A stretch of 64,000 nucleotides of DNA from NCBI RefSeq assembly GCF_028368995.1, contig NZ_JAQNDL010000005.1:96001-160000 (forward strand), in the 5' to 3' direction. Source of the DNA: Nannocystis bainbridge (GTDB lineage: Bacteria; Myxococcota_A; Polyangia; Nannocystales; Nannocystaceae). The position numbers and the translations under genes are program-made. Every line of letters begins with the position of its first letter. Within the stretch, counting starts at the first letter, position 1. Shown here piece after piece: positions 51,954 through 64,000 of the stretch. The notes beneath the pieces were generated by a model. It did no database searches. It worked only from the letters and a program-made list of their open reading frames with translations, and was not told the origin of the DNA.

Positions 51954-52598
51954 CTACATCTTCTTGACGTAGGCGGCGACCGCGTCGATCTCTTCCTTCG
52001 ACAGCTTGTCCTTGAACGCCTTCATCTTGGTGCCGTCGACCCCGTCGGCGATCGCCTTGACCACCGCGGCCTTGCTGTGCTTGGACTGCCAGTCCTTCGC
52101 GGCCATGTCTGGGATGTTGTTCTTCTTCTGGACCTCGGCGCCCTTGCCGTCGGCCGCGTGGCAGACCTTGCACTTGCCGTCGTAGATCGCCTTGGCGTCG
52201 ATCTTGGCCGAGGCGTCCTCGGTCTTCTTCGGCTCGGTCTTCTTCGGCTCGGCCTTCTTCGCCTCCGGCGCCTTCGCGTCCGACGCCTTGGCGTCGCCCT
52301 CGGGGGCCTTGGCGTCGCCCGCGGGCGGGGTCGCCTCGGCCGCCTTCGCGTCCTCGGCAGCCTTCGCGTCCGCCGCTGCCTTGGCGTCCTCGGCCGCCTT
52401 CGCGTCCGCTGCCGCCTTCGCGTCCGCCGCCGCCTTCGCGTCCGTCGCCGCCTTCGCGTCCGCTGCCGCCTTCGCGTCGTCGACCTTGGCCTCGACCTTC
52501 TTCTCCTCGGTCTTGGCGCCGCTATCGCAAGCGACCAGCGCCACCGCGGCGCACAGTCCGACGTTGCGGGTGATTCTCAGGACGGTCTTCAGGGTCAT
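51954..52598 (-). CDS. Lipoprotein monoheme cytochrome c with an Ala/Lys/Asp repeat tether
   Basis: Lipobox LVAC, (AAADAK)n repeats, CKVCH heme motif and a distal KMKAF Met ligand. Confidence 0.88.
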   Translation of the reverse strand: MTLKTVLRITRNVGLCAAVALVACDSGAKTEEKKVEAKVDDAKAAADAKAATDAKAAADAKAAADAKAAEDAKAAADAKAAEDAKAAEATPPAGDAKAPEGDAKASDAKAPEAKKAEPKKTEPKKTEDASAKIDAKAIYDGKCKVCHAADGKGAEVQKKNNIPDMAAKDWQSKHSKAAVVKAIADGVDGTKMKAFKDKLSKEEIDAVAAYVKKM

Positions 52599-52878
52599 GT
52601 TCGAACTCCTTATCGGCCCGCGGAGCTGTCGCTAAGGGGCCAGGGCCGCGAATCGTACCGAAGCGTCATGAACGCGACAAGTTACCGTGTGAGGGCGCGA
52701 ACGCGCCGCCCACGTCACACGCGACCTCGTCGTGCGCGTCGTTGCCCGCACCACGCCCAGACCCCTCGTGCTGCCGGGCGCGCCGCTTCACGATCGCGCG
52801 ACCCAACGGCGAAGGCCGCCGCGAGCGAGCTCGGGGCGGCCTTCTGCTGCGCATCGACCGGAGGCCGACGCGCGCGGT

Positions 52879-54447
<1,569 letters not shown>

Positions 54448-55124
54448 CTGTCGTCTCTCCTCGAGGGAAAACCGGAACACGCCGCGCGACCCGGGCGCGT
54501 GTTTGGAGTGGGGGACCGCAAGGTGGTGGGTCGAGTGCTGTACGTCGAGTCGCTCACGCGAAGGAACTGGGGGGACGGGCAACTCACCACGAGGGCTTCG
54601 CCCTCGGCTCTGCCGTTTATGGCACACCGAGCCCCCTGCTGTGAACCCACCCTGCGGGCGTCGCAACACCCAAAACAGGGCCGCCGAGTTGTCGCACACA
54701 ATCGACGAGCACGCGAAAAGGCGGTGAAATCCAGGGCATCGCGACCCCGCCCCGGTCGACCCGGCTGCCGCTCGCCCGGGGCCTCCTGGGGGCTCAGGGA
54801 CCCCGGTAGACACGGTTCTCCCACGCTTTGCACCGACTTCCCCGACGCGGAGCGAATGGGGACCTGCGCGGACAAACCCCGACCCGAAACTACCAACGCG
54901 AACCGCGCCAGACCTTTCGGACAGCTCAGGAAACCGCGGCAAAAGATCGCTCGAGCATCGGCACGCCAACCCACGGACGAAAGCCGTAAATTGCCCCGGC
55001 CAGCCCGCGGGACAGCGGCCCGCTCGGCCGTCCAGCCCACGGGCCATGTCTCGAAGGCCATGACCCCAAGTGCTCGCAACTCTTGCGAGCGACCGCGGCA
55101 CGAGGGCCGCAAAGGACGTCGGAC

Positions 55125-56192
<1,068 letters not shown>

Positions 56193-56334
56193 CCCACCAG
56201 CCGCAGGCGACGCCGGCTCGCAGCGTTGCGACCCGCAGAAATGCGAGCGCGAGCGAACACCGCTCGCGTCGCCTTCACCACAAAAACAAGAGCGGGCGGA
56301 AGCATCGCCTCCGCCCGCTCACCTCGCCGCTCAT

Positions 56335-56760
56335 TCACGCCGCCTGCGGCAGCTCGCGCTCGAGCAAGAACTTCCACAGCGGCTTGTTGCTCTTGCGCGC
56401 GTTGCAGGGCCGGCAGCACGGCACCAGGTTGTCCGGCTCGTTGCTCCCGCCGCGCGAGCGCGGGATCACGTGGTCCCGGGTCACGCTGCGCCGGTTCAAC
56501 CGCGCGTTGCAGTACGCGCAGAAGGTCAGCACGTTCCACTCGTAGAAGCGGAACTCCCGCGTGAAGCACGGGTCGAGCCGGCCTCGAATCACGTCGGCGA
56601 CGGACGCCTTGATGAACTTGCTCATGTCCCGGAACCGGCCCAGACGCCCGTCACCGTTGCGCAGCGCCTTCCGCCGAAGATGCCGCGCCAGGTAAAAATC
56701 GGGGCCCCGCTCCGGGCGGGTACACAAGGTGTCATAGTGGTTCTTGATAAGCGCTTGCAT
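56335..56760 (-). CDS. HNH endonuclease
   Basis: CAYC...[10 protein letters not shown]...[13 protein letters not shown]; strong RBS GGAGGAG. Confidence 0.9.
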   Translation of the reverse strand: MQALIKNHYDTLCTRPERGPDFYLARHLRRKALRNGDGRLGRFRDMSKFIKASVADVIRGRLDPCFTREFRFYEWNVLTFCAYCNARLNRRSVTRDHVIPRSRGGSNEPDNLVPCCRPCNARKSNKPLWKFLLERELPQAA

Positions 56761-56804
56761 GGCTCTCCTCCCCCTCTCACCGCTCGCGTGTCACGAACGT
56801 GGAC

Positions 56805-57017
56805 TCAATCGACGTAGGTGAGCGTGCTCCACGTCGGCACCGCCACCGCCCCGCTCGCCCGGAACTCGACCTTCGCCTCGACCTCCATGTCCTCGCCGAC
56901 GAGACGAACCTGGTCGCCCGCGCGGATGCACAGCTCGCCGAGCCGATGCTCGGTCATGGCGATCCGGATGCAGTGGTCCACCGTCCGGTCGTTCAAATTG
57001 GCCTCGATCGTACGCAT
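56805..57017 (-). CDS. Small hypothetical protein (70 aa, MRTIEANLN...)
   Basis: An AGGAGGT RBS lies immediately after the tRNA 3' end, and the codons are GC3-rich. Confidence 0.6.
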   Translation of the reverse strand: MRTIEANLNDRTVDHCIRIAMTEHRLGELCIRAGDQVRLVGEDMEVEAKVEFRASGAVAVPTWSTLTYVD

Positions 57018-57031
57018 ACACACCTCCTCGA

Positions 57032-57104
57032 TGGACAGGGCGGGGTTCGAACCCGCGACCTCCGCGCTGCCAGCGCGGCGCTCTCCCAGCTGAGCTACGA
57101 GCCC
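57032..57104 (-). tRNA. tRNA-Ala(GGC) with an atypical acceptor stem and no encoded CCA
   Basis: Folds into a cloverleaf with D-arm GCTC/GAGC, anticodon arm CCGCG-CTGGCAG-CGCGG and T-arm GCGGG-TTCGAAC-CCCGC. G3:U70 and A73 are present; U5:U68 and C6:C67 are mismatched. Confidence 0.85.
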
Positions 57105-57127
57105 GGAACAAACGACATGGATCTCGA

Positions 57128-57200
57128 TGGAGAAGGTCGGACTCGAACCGACGACCTCCTGCGTGCGAAGCAGGCGCTCTCCCGACTGAGCTACGACCCC
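57128..57200 (-). tRNA. tRNA-Ala(CGC) with an atypical acceptor stem and no encoded CCA
   Basis: Anticodon arm CCTGC-TTCGCAC-GCAGG and T-arm GTCGG-TTCGAGT-CCGAC. G3:U70 and A73 are present; U5:U68 and C6:U67 are mismatched. Confidence 0.85.
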
Positions 57201-57477
57201 GTTTTCGACGCGTCCCCGCGTCGCTACTCACCCGCGGCGACGAACGCCCGTCAGCCGCCGGCGGTCCGCCGATCCGCGCAGCCCGACGATCGATTCGACG
57301 AATGGGCGACATGTCCGAACGGACATGTCACGACATTCGCCGAATCACCGCACAATCGCGGCGACTCGTCTTGCGATTCGGATCAAGGCGACCGCGACAT
57401 CCATCGCGGTCGAGACGCCGACCGACGCCGCGGGGCCGCTCTCGGATTCTCGGATCGGACCGCCCTGCGGTCGCGGA

Positions 57478-57645
57478 TCAGGCGAGACTCTTGAGAAAGC
57501 GCTGGAAACCTCGTCCAGACAACCCCGCGCGATCGGTCTGCCGATCGGCTGCATGGTCCGCCGGCAGCTCCACGGCCGGCATATTCGGTTCGGCGGTGAG
57601 AGTCTGGGGGATCGTGCAGAGAAGGATGTCTTGGACGGGACGCAT
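57478..57645 (-). CDS. Putative 55-aa leader peptide (MRPVQDILLC...GFQRFLKSLA)
   Basis: A GAGGT RBS lies just downstream of the predicted promoter, and hairpins follow the ORF. Confidence 0.3.
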   Translation of the reverse strand: MRPVQDILLCTIPQTLTAEPNMPAVELPADHAADRQTDRAGLSGRGFQRFLKSLA

Positions 57646-57670
57646 GGCGCTTACCTCATGAATGGCCTCA

Positions 57671-57720
57671 ACAGTACCAGCGGCGCGCGGAGCCTGTCAA
57701 GCTCGGTGCATAAAAAAAAG
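57671..57720 (-). promoter_or_regulatory. Putative sigma-70 promoter of the tRNA-HNH unit
   Basis: Minus strand reads TTGACA-N18-TACTGT with a TGn extended -10 and an upstream T-tract. Confidence 0.5.
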
Positions 57721-57906
57721 ATCGCGACTCCCGACAATCATCATAGGTCGCGGACCCTCGCCGACCCCACCGGCCCGCCGGCTCAATCACGCCACCCCTT
57801 GGCGCGAGCGCGCGCCTCTCTCCGCTGAACCATGTCTTTTAAACGAAGAAAGAGATGGAGGCGCGACCGCGTCGCGCCTTCATCTCTCGTTCGGTCTTCA
57901 AGACCG

Positions 57907-58785
57907 TCAGTAGCGGCCCGGCGGATCGCTGGCGGGGAAGGACTCGTCCGACTCGAAGTCGACCCGGTCCTGGAACGACGCGCGGCGCTCCTCGTCGACC
58001 CGCTGCTCCTGCGTCAGGGCGGGCGACGTCGCTTCCTCGCCGGCTTGCTCGCTGACCTCGCCTCGTGCCACGACATGCTCGCTGCGCCACTCGAGGATCT
58101 GCTTGAGGCGCGCGAGATCGCGGCACAGCGCCCGCTGCGAGTCGCGGCCGACGAGGCGCGCGACCCATGCACCGAGGTCGCCGGCCATCGGCTCGTGATA
58201 CAGCCGCACCCACACCTCGGTGCCGCCCGAGGATGTCGCATGGAACTCGACGCAGCCCTCGCAGGCCCGCACCGCGCCTTCACGCGAGCGCCAGCCGATC
58301 CGCTGCCCCTCGACGTCCTGCGTGATCTCGACTTCGACCTCGACCGGCCGGCCGAACGGCCCCTCGGCCATCCAGCTCCAGCCGCCGCGCTCGAGTCGCG
58401 ACACGCGGATCATGTCGGCCATGAACTGCGGCAGGTTCTGGAGGTGACGCCAGAACGCGTACACCTCACCGACCGGCCGATCGATCGTCACCGCGGCCTC
58501 GGCCACCACGGCCCGGCCGGGATCGACGCCGGGATACGGGGCCCCGGGCCGCTCGGTGTCGATCTGCATCGCCCGGTAAAACATGCTCTGACCTGTCACG
58601 CCGCGGCGCATGAGCGAGCCTCCGGCCAGCGCGACCACCAACGAAAGCGGCCACCGGCGCGCCCGCACCAGCCCCCACGCGACCATCCAGGCCCCAGCGA
58701 GCAGCGAAGCGGCGCGCTCGCTCTGGCCGACATTCTGCGCGCAGACCGTGTCTGCGCCACGCACGCATGAGCTCGAATTCTCCAT
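57907..58785 (-). CDS. SRPBCC / polyketide-cyclase-fold protein with an N-terminal DUF2892 (YgaP-like) segment
   Basis: NVGQSERAAS...RGVTG, VTIDRPVGEVYAFW..LQNLPQFM and a C-terminal ESFPASDPP. Confidence 0.85.
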   Translation of the reverse strand: MENSSSCVRGADTVCAQNVGQSERAASLLAGAWMVAWGLVRARRWPLSLVVALAGGSLMRRGVTGQSMFYRAMQIDTERPGAPYPGVDPGRAVVAEAAVTIDRPVGEVYAFWRHLQNLPQFMADMIRVSRLERGGWSWMAEGPFGRPVEVEVEITQDVEGQRIGWRSREGAVRACEGCVEFHATSSGGTEVWVRLYHEPMAGDLGAWVARLVGRDSQRALCRDLARLKQILEWRSEHVVARGEVSEQAGEEATSPALTQEQRVDEERRASFQDRVDFESDESFPASDPPGRY

Positions 58786-59320
58786 CGTGGGTCTCCGCCG
58801 AGACCATGGATGCCATCGTCCGGTCGCGCCAGCGGTCGCTGCAATTTCGTCGCGCTGCGGCACGACCACGGTCGAGCTCGCCAGACGGCCGCGACCCCGC
58901 TCGGGCCGCTGCGCCGCCGTTCGCCCCGGTGGTGCATCGCCGGCTGTCCGTTCGGTCAGGTCCAGATCGAGCCCGCAACGAGGTCGCTCTCGTCGCGCTC
59001 CGCCGACCACCGCGCATCCTTCACGGTCCTTCACCCACGCGGGGCGCTCATCTGTCTCTCGAGACATGTCCCCGTCGACCCTCACGGTCCTCGCCGCAGC
59101 GGACCTTGCGCAGGTCGCCCGCGTCCGCCTGCTCGCTGGAGCGAACGGCGCGGCCCTTCGCTTTTGCAGGGCCCGGGTCATCCGCAGGCGCGACGGGCCT
59201 CAAGTCCACCATGATCGCGGCAGCGCATCGACCTCGCGGCCGCGGCTCCTCGGCGCCACCGCGCCGGCGCGCCGGGCCACGAGCGCGAGCGCCCCGCCCA
59301 CGCACAATGTGGGCGCTCCC

Positions 59321-59746
59321 ATGGCCATCACGCTCGACCTCTCGCACGCCCCGCTCGTCCTCTCGAGCTTCGACGGCGACCTGAGCCTGGACGACGTCGA
59401 GGCGTACATCGGCCGCATGGCCGAGGTTCACGATCGCCGCGAGCCGTACGTCAGCGTCATATGGATCGGCCAGTACGCCCGCAACCGCTCGCACACCGAG
59501 CGGATTGGTCGCTGGATCAAGGACACCGAGGACACCGCGCGGCAGTTCTGCCTCGGCGCGACCATGATCAGCCAGTCGACCGGCTTTCGCTTCTTGCTGG
59601 CGACGATCTTCCTGATCCGGCCGATGCCGTGTCCCTACCTGGTCTGCGGGACATGGTCGGAGGCGATCGCCCAGGCCCGCACCCAGGCCCGCGGCGCCGG
59701 CTTCCATTTGCCCGAGCTCGCCAGCCCGTGGCCCCAAGTCGCCTGA
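59321..59746 (+). CDS. Hypothetical protein (STAS/SEC14-like myxobacterial family)
   Basis: GC3-rich ORF MAITLDLSHAPLV...; the family resemblance is an inference. Confidence 0.6.
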   Translation: MAITLDLSHAPLVLSSFDGDLSLDDVEAYIGRMAEVHDRREPYVSVIWIGQYARNRSHTERIGRWIKDTEDTARQFCLGATMISQSTGFRFLLATIFLIRPMPCPYLVCGTWSEAIAQARTQARGAGFHLPELASPWPQVA

Positions 59747-59807
59747 GGTCCGGCGAGGCTGCGCGACCTCACTCCGCGCCGCCCTGCCTGCGCGGTACCA
59801 TGGCGAG

Positions 59808-62090
59808 ATGCGCCCTGCCCTCACCTTGCCTGTCTTCTTCGCCCTCGCCGCTTGCGGCGACGACACCGGCACCACCACCGGGGCGACGGCCACCGACAGC
59901 AGCAGCACGACCACCGGGCCGACGTCCTCCCCGACGGCCGCGTCCGAGGGCCTGAGCGACACCGCAGCGCCGACGACCACCAGCGGCGGCAGCGACAGCG
60001 ACAGCGCCTCGACCGGCACCACCGCCGCCCCGACCACCGAGGGCACCACCACCGGCGGCGAGCTCACCTGCGACCAGTCGCCCCACTACCGCGTCGGCGC
60101 GGCGATCCGCGACATCACCGGCCCGTCCGCCGAGCTGGTGATGATGGGCTACTCGATGCCCGAGCAGAAGGCCGAGGGCATCAGCACGCGGCTGTGGGCC
60201 CGCGCCTTTGTCGTCGAGCACCCGTGCAGCGGCACCCGGATCGCCTTCGTCAGCGCCGACCTCGGCCAGGTGTTCCAGGGCGTCCACCTCGAGGTCGTCA
60301 AGCGGCTCAAGGCCAAGCTCGGCGCCGACCGCTACGACTTCGACAACATCGCCCTCTCGGCCACGCACACCCACTCGGGCCTCGGCGGCTTCTCCCACTA
60401 CACCATGTTCAACCTGGCCGTCGGCGGCTACGACCCCGACAACTTCGAGGTCATCGTCGCCGGCATCGTCGACGCCATCGAGGCCGCCGACGCCGGCCTC
60501 GATCACGGCGTCGTCAAGATCGCCCAGGGCCCGCTGCAGGACGCCAATTGGAACCGCAGCCCGCAGGCCTACGCCGAGAACCCCGACCCCGAGCGGGCCG
60601 CCCACGAGGCCGAGATGATGCGCGACACCAACACGGCGATGACCGTGCTCCGGTTCGAGCGCACCGGCGAGGGCGAGCTCGACGGCCAGCCGATCGGCAT
60701 GCTGACCTGGTTCTCCAGCCACGCGACCAGCGTGTCCAACCAGAACCGCCTCGTCAGCGGCGATCACAAGGGCCTCGCCTCCTACTTCATGGAGAAGCAC
60801 TTCGGCGCCGACTACACCGCGCCCGACCCATTCGTCGCCGCCTTCGCCCAGAGCGACGCCGGCGACGTCTCGCCGAGCGAGGTCATCGTCGGCGAGCCGA
60901 AGAACACGGTCGTGCGCCCGTGCGACGACAGCCCCGACCCTGCCTGCGACGACCTCGGCAACGCCGTCGTCCATGGCACCTGGCAGTACGAGCGCGCGCT
61001 CGAGCTGTTCGACGCCGCGGCCGAGCACCTGCGCGGGCCGGCGGCCGGGCGGCTCGCCTTCGTCGACATGGAGGACGTCACGATCGGCCCCGAGTTCACC
61101 GGCGACGACGAGCACACCACCTGTCACGCCGCGATCGGCTTCTCGATCGCCGCCGGCGCCGAGGACGGCGTCGCCGTCGCCTTCATCGAGGAGGGCATCG
61201 TCTACGGCGACCTGCCCAAGGTCACGCTCGTGCCCGAGGACCAGGCCTGTCACGAGGAGAAGACCATCTTGCTGCCGGTCGGCCGCATGCTCCCGTATCC
61301 CTGGTCGCCGACGATCTTGCCGGCCCAGGTGCTGCGCCTCGGCAGCCTCGCCATCCTGCCCGCGCCCTTCGAGGTCACCACGATCTCCGGCCGAAGGCTG
61401 CGCCACTCCGTGCTCGACGCGCTCGCCGGCACCGGCGTCACCCGGGCCGTGGTCGCCGGGCTCTCGAACGGCTACTCGAGCTACGTCACCACCCGCGAGG
61501 AGTACGCCGTCCAGCACTACGAGGGCGCGTTCACGCAGTTCGGCCCGTGGACCCTCGCCGCCTGGCAGCAGGAGTTCTCGCAGGTCGCCGAGGCGCTGCG
61601 CGACGGCGTCCAGGCGCCACACAAGGCCGTCCCGCTCGACCTCAGCGACGACCAGATCCTCAACGTCCCCGGCGTCGTCGCCGACTCGCCGTGCGCCCTG
61701 CTCGACGCCATCCTGTGCCCGTTCGACAAGTTCGGCGACGTCGTCACCCCGCCGCCCGCCAGCGCCGGGCCGGGCGACCTGGTCAAGGTCACCTTCCGCG
61801 GCGCGCACCCTCGCAACAACCTGCGCACCGGCACCGGCTACCTCGAGGTCCAGCGCGACGACGGCGGCACCTGGACCGTCGTCGCCCACGACTGGGACCC
61901 CGAGACGCGGTTCCGCTGGCGGCGCACCGGCGGCGCGCTGAGCCCGACCTCCGAGGTCGACGTCGAGTGGAAACTCCCCGACGACGTCGTGCCCGGCACC
62001 TACCGCATCGTCTACAACGGCGACGCCAGGTCGCTGTTCGCCACCTTCACCCCGATCACGGGCACCTCGCCGACCTTCACCGTCCAGTGA
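59808..62090 (+). CDS. Neutral/alkaline non-lysosomal ceramidase lipoprotein
   Basis: DITGP, MMGY, RLWARAF, ATHTHSG, NRSP, HATS, GDVSP, GAEDG and QHYEGA; lipobox LAAC followed by a Thr stalk. Confidence 0.92.
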   Translation: MRPALTLPVFFALAACGDDTGTTTGATATDSSSTTTGPTSSPTAASEGLSDTAAPTTTSGGSDSDSASTGTTAAPTTEGTTTGGELTCDQSPHYRVGAAIRDITGPSAELVMMGYSMPEQKAEGISTRLWARAFVVEHPCSGTRIAFVSADLGQVFQGVHLEVVKRLKAKLGADRYDFDNIALSATHTHSGLGGFSHYTMFNLAVGGYDPDNFEVIVAGIVDAIEAADAGLDHGVVKIAQGPLQDANWNRSPQAYAENPDPERAAHEAEMMRDTNTAMTVLRFERTGEGELDGQPIGMLTWFSSHATSVSNQNRLVSGDHKGLASYFMEKHFGADYTAPDPFVAAFAQSDAGDVSPSEVIVGEPKNTVVRPCDDSPDPACDDLGNAVVHGTWQYERALELFDAAAEHLRGPAAGRLAFVDMEDVTIGPEFTGDDEHTTCHAAIGFSIAAGAEDGVAVAFIEEGIVYGDLPKVTLVPEDQACHEEKTILLPVGRMLPYPWSPTILPAQVLRLGSLAILPAPFEVTTISGRRLRHSVLDALAGTGVTRAVVAGLSNGYSSYVTTREEYAVQHYEGAFTQFGPWTLAAWQQEFSQVAEALRDGVQAPHKAVPLDLSDDQILNVPGVVADSPCALLDAILCPFDKFGDVVTPPPASAGPGDLVKVTFRGAHPRNNLRTGTGYLEVQRDDGGTWTVVAHDWDPETRFRWRRTGGALSPTSEVDVEWKLPDDVVPGTYRIVYNGDARSLFATFTPITGTSPTFTVQ

Positions 62091-62101
62091 GGTCGCACCT
62101 C

Positions 62102-62166
62102 GGGACATGTCCTCCAGGGCATGTCCCGGGCGCCATGTCCTTCACGACATGCCCTTTACGCCAGGT
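62102..62166. repeat. 14-bp-pitch motif array (5 units)
   Basis: Cores at 62106, 62120, 62134, 62148 and 62162, between convergent genes. Confidence 0.88.
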
Positions 62167-62479
62167 CGACCGGCCGGAAGCGCGCGAACGGCCGCCCCAG
62201 CTCGGCCACCTCCCCCGGCGCGATCAGCTGGCACACGCCCTCGAGCTGCTGCCACAGCTGTTGCACCACCGGGTTCTCGTGGGCGCGGCGGGCTGCGTCC
62301 TCGGAGGCCCACTCGAACACCTCGAGGATGGTGCCGTCGTTCGCGCGCATCACGATCGGCTCGCGCTCGGTGGCCAGGTCCTGGGCGCGCAGCACCGGCA
62401 GGTGGCCGCGCAGGAGCTCGAGCAGCTCCTCGGCGCGACCGGGGAGGGGGCGGTAGCAGGCGATGACGATGACTCCCAT
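62156..62479 (-). CDS. Small ABM / dimeric alpha-beta-barrel-like protein
   Basis: MGVIVIACYRPLPG...EVFEWASEDAARRAHENP. Confidence 0.7.
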   Translation of the reverse strand: MGVIVIACYRPLPGRAEELLELLRGHLPVLRAQDLATEREPIVMRANDGTILEVFEWASEDAARRAHENPVVQQLWQQLEGVCQLIAPGEVAELGRPFARFRPVDLA

Positions 62480-62510
62480 TTCACAGCCGTAGCGCGCGGC
62501 CGGGGGGCGG

Positions 62511-63422
62511 TCAAGGACGCGCGGGCGTACGCGACACGCTGGCCGCGTAGATGGCCGCCAGCGACAGCGCCGTGCCAGCGGCCTCGACCATCCCGAACGG
62601 CTCGGCGAACACCAGCACGCCCCACAGCGTGGCCAGCACCGGCTGCAGGAGCAGCAGCAGCGAGCCGCTCGCGGCCGGCACGTGCGGCATGCCGCGCGAG
62701 ATGAGCGCCCAGCCGCCCACGTGCGCGCCGACCCCGAGCAGCAGCAACAGGCCGAAGTCGCTGGAGCTCGCCACCGCCAGCGGCTCGCCGGTCGCCAGCG
62801 CCGCCAGCACCAGCAGCGCCGCCGCCGTCGCGCTCGACACGAACAGTGCCGCCGCGACCCCGAGCGGCCGCTCGCCGCGCTGGGCTGTCCGCAAGGACAG
62901 GTAATAACCGGCGTAGAACACACCCGTCAGCAGGCCCAGCAACACGCCCTGCAGGTGGACCGGGCTGCGCTCCAGCCCCGGCAGCGCCAGCATCGCCGTG
63001 CCGATCAAGGCCAGCAGCGCGCACACCCCGAGCCGCCGCGTCAGCCGCTCGCCGAGCAGCAGCGCCGAGAACAGCGCGACCCAGAACACCTGCGTGTTGG
63101 CCAGCAGCGTCGCCAGACCGGTGCCCGAGTACAGGATGCTCTTGTGCCACACGAACAGGTCGCCGGCGAAGCACGCGCCGGCCAGAGCCGCCCACGCGGT
63201 CGCCGGGCCGCGGCGCACGGCCTGTCCGTTCGGACCTGTCCGCGAGGACAGCCACGCCAGCGGCAGCAGAGCGGCCGCCCCGAGCCCGCAGCGGTAAGCC
63301 CCGATCGCCGCCGGCCCGAGCGCGATCCACTTGACGAACAGCGCCGTCACGCTGATCACCGCCGCCCCGAGAGCGACCAACACCAGCGGCGCGCGCGGGG
63401 GAGAAAGAGGGGCCATCACCAA
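62511..63422 (-). CDS. DMT / EamA family transporter
   Basis: About 10 TM segments, LLGERL, and LLQPV.ATLWG.LVFAE. Confidence 0.9.
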   Translation of the reverse strand: MVMAPLSPPRAPLVLVALGAAVISVTALFVKWIALGPAAIGAYRCGLGAAALLPLAWLSSRTGPNGQAVRRGPATAWAALAGACFAGDLFVWHKSILYSGTGLATLLANTQVFWVALFSALLLGERLTRRLGVCALLALIGTAMLALPGLERSPVHLQGVLLGLLTGVFYAGYYLSLRTAQRGERPLGVAAALFVSSATAAALLVLAALATGEPLAVASSSDFGLLLLLGVGAHVGGWALISRGMPHVPAASGSLLLLLQPVLATLWGVLVFAEPFGMVEAAGTALSLAAIYAASVSRTPARP

Positions 63423-63569
63423 ACGTCAGCCTCGTCGAAGCCCTGCGCGGCGGCTCCGGCGCCCGACCAGCGCGCGCCCGCATCCGCGCGGCCGACACTA
63501 GCCCGCCGGCGGGGTGGGCACAAGCCGCTGGGCACCGCCGCGAGGCTGGCGTAAGGTCGTGAGCTGCCG

Positions 63570-64000
63570 ATGCTGGTGCTCAGCCCCGCCACCGCCCACG
63601 ACCTGCCGGCGCTGCAGGAGATCGAGCGCTCGGCCACCGACCTCTATTACGCGGCCGGCTTCTCGCGCGCTGCGATCGTCGCCCGCGGCCTCGCCGACAT
63701 GCGGGCCCTGATCGGTCAGACCACTCTGTTGCTGGCGCGCGACGGCGACGAAGCGATCGGCTACGTCAGCTACTACCCGCGCGGCCCATACATGCACCTC
63801 GAGGAGATCGCCGTCCGCCGCGACCGCCAGGGCCGCGGCAGCGGGCGCCTGCTGGCCGATCAGGTGCTGGCGGCCGCGCGCGCCGACCCGCAGTGCAGCC
63901 ACCTGTCCCTGGTCGCGTTCTGCCGGGCCGCCTGGGCCCTCCGCCTGTACGACCGCCTCGGCTTCCGCTCGCTGGCCGCCCTGCCCGACCCCCTGCCGCA
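63570..64000 (+). CDS. GNAT acetyltransferase (3'-truncated by the window)
   Basis: Manual translation gives MLVLSPATAHDLPALQEIE..., motif A IAVRRDRQGRGSGRLL, and LYDRLGF. Confidence 0.85.
   Translation, partial: MLVLSPATAHDLPALQEIERSATDLYYAAGFSRAAIVARGLADMRALIGQTTLLLARDGDEAIGYVSYYPRGPYMHLEEIAVRRDRQGRGSGRLLADQVLAAARADPQCSHLSLVAFCRAAWALRLYDRLGFRSLAALPDPLP

Noticed and set aside
54448-55124. Possible structured ncRNA or LexA box upstream of recA
   Set aside because: I could not match SRP, tmRNA, 6S or a myxobacterial LexA-box pattern by eye; an Rfam or motif scan is needed.
56200-57900. Prophage or integrative element at the tRNAs
   Set aside because: No integrase, transposase or phage gene is visible, and no duplicated tRNA 3' end was seen elsewhere in the window.

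Overview
Very GC-rich bacterial DNA with myxobacterial hallmarks: MYXO-CTERM proteins, Thr/Ser-stalked lipoproteins, Ser/Thr kinase and ECF sigma clusters, and a TraB-like OmpA. It most resembles Nannocystaceae (inference). It holds about 45 protein genes, including nadA, icd, udk and a divergent recA, plus two atypical tRNA-Ala genes. Four things stand out. (1) A pervasive palindromic motif, core TGTC-N6-GACA, whose CATG/CCTG/CAGG cores recur at an exact 14-bp pitch. It forms 5-7-unit arrays between convergent genes and is also embedded in many coding sequences (about 50 loci by eye). (2) An ECF sigma / membrane anti-sigma / intact TPR-CHAT protease / trypsin-lipoprotein locus. (3) A putative operon of promoter, leader sORF, two tRNA-Ala with the same acceptor-stem mismatches, a small ORF and an HNH nuclease, converging on recA. 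(4) Three translationally coupled mini-ORFs between a UbiA prenyltransferase and a radical SAM gene. All calls come from motif reading only; no database searches were run.
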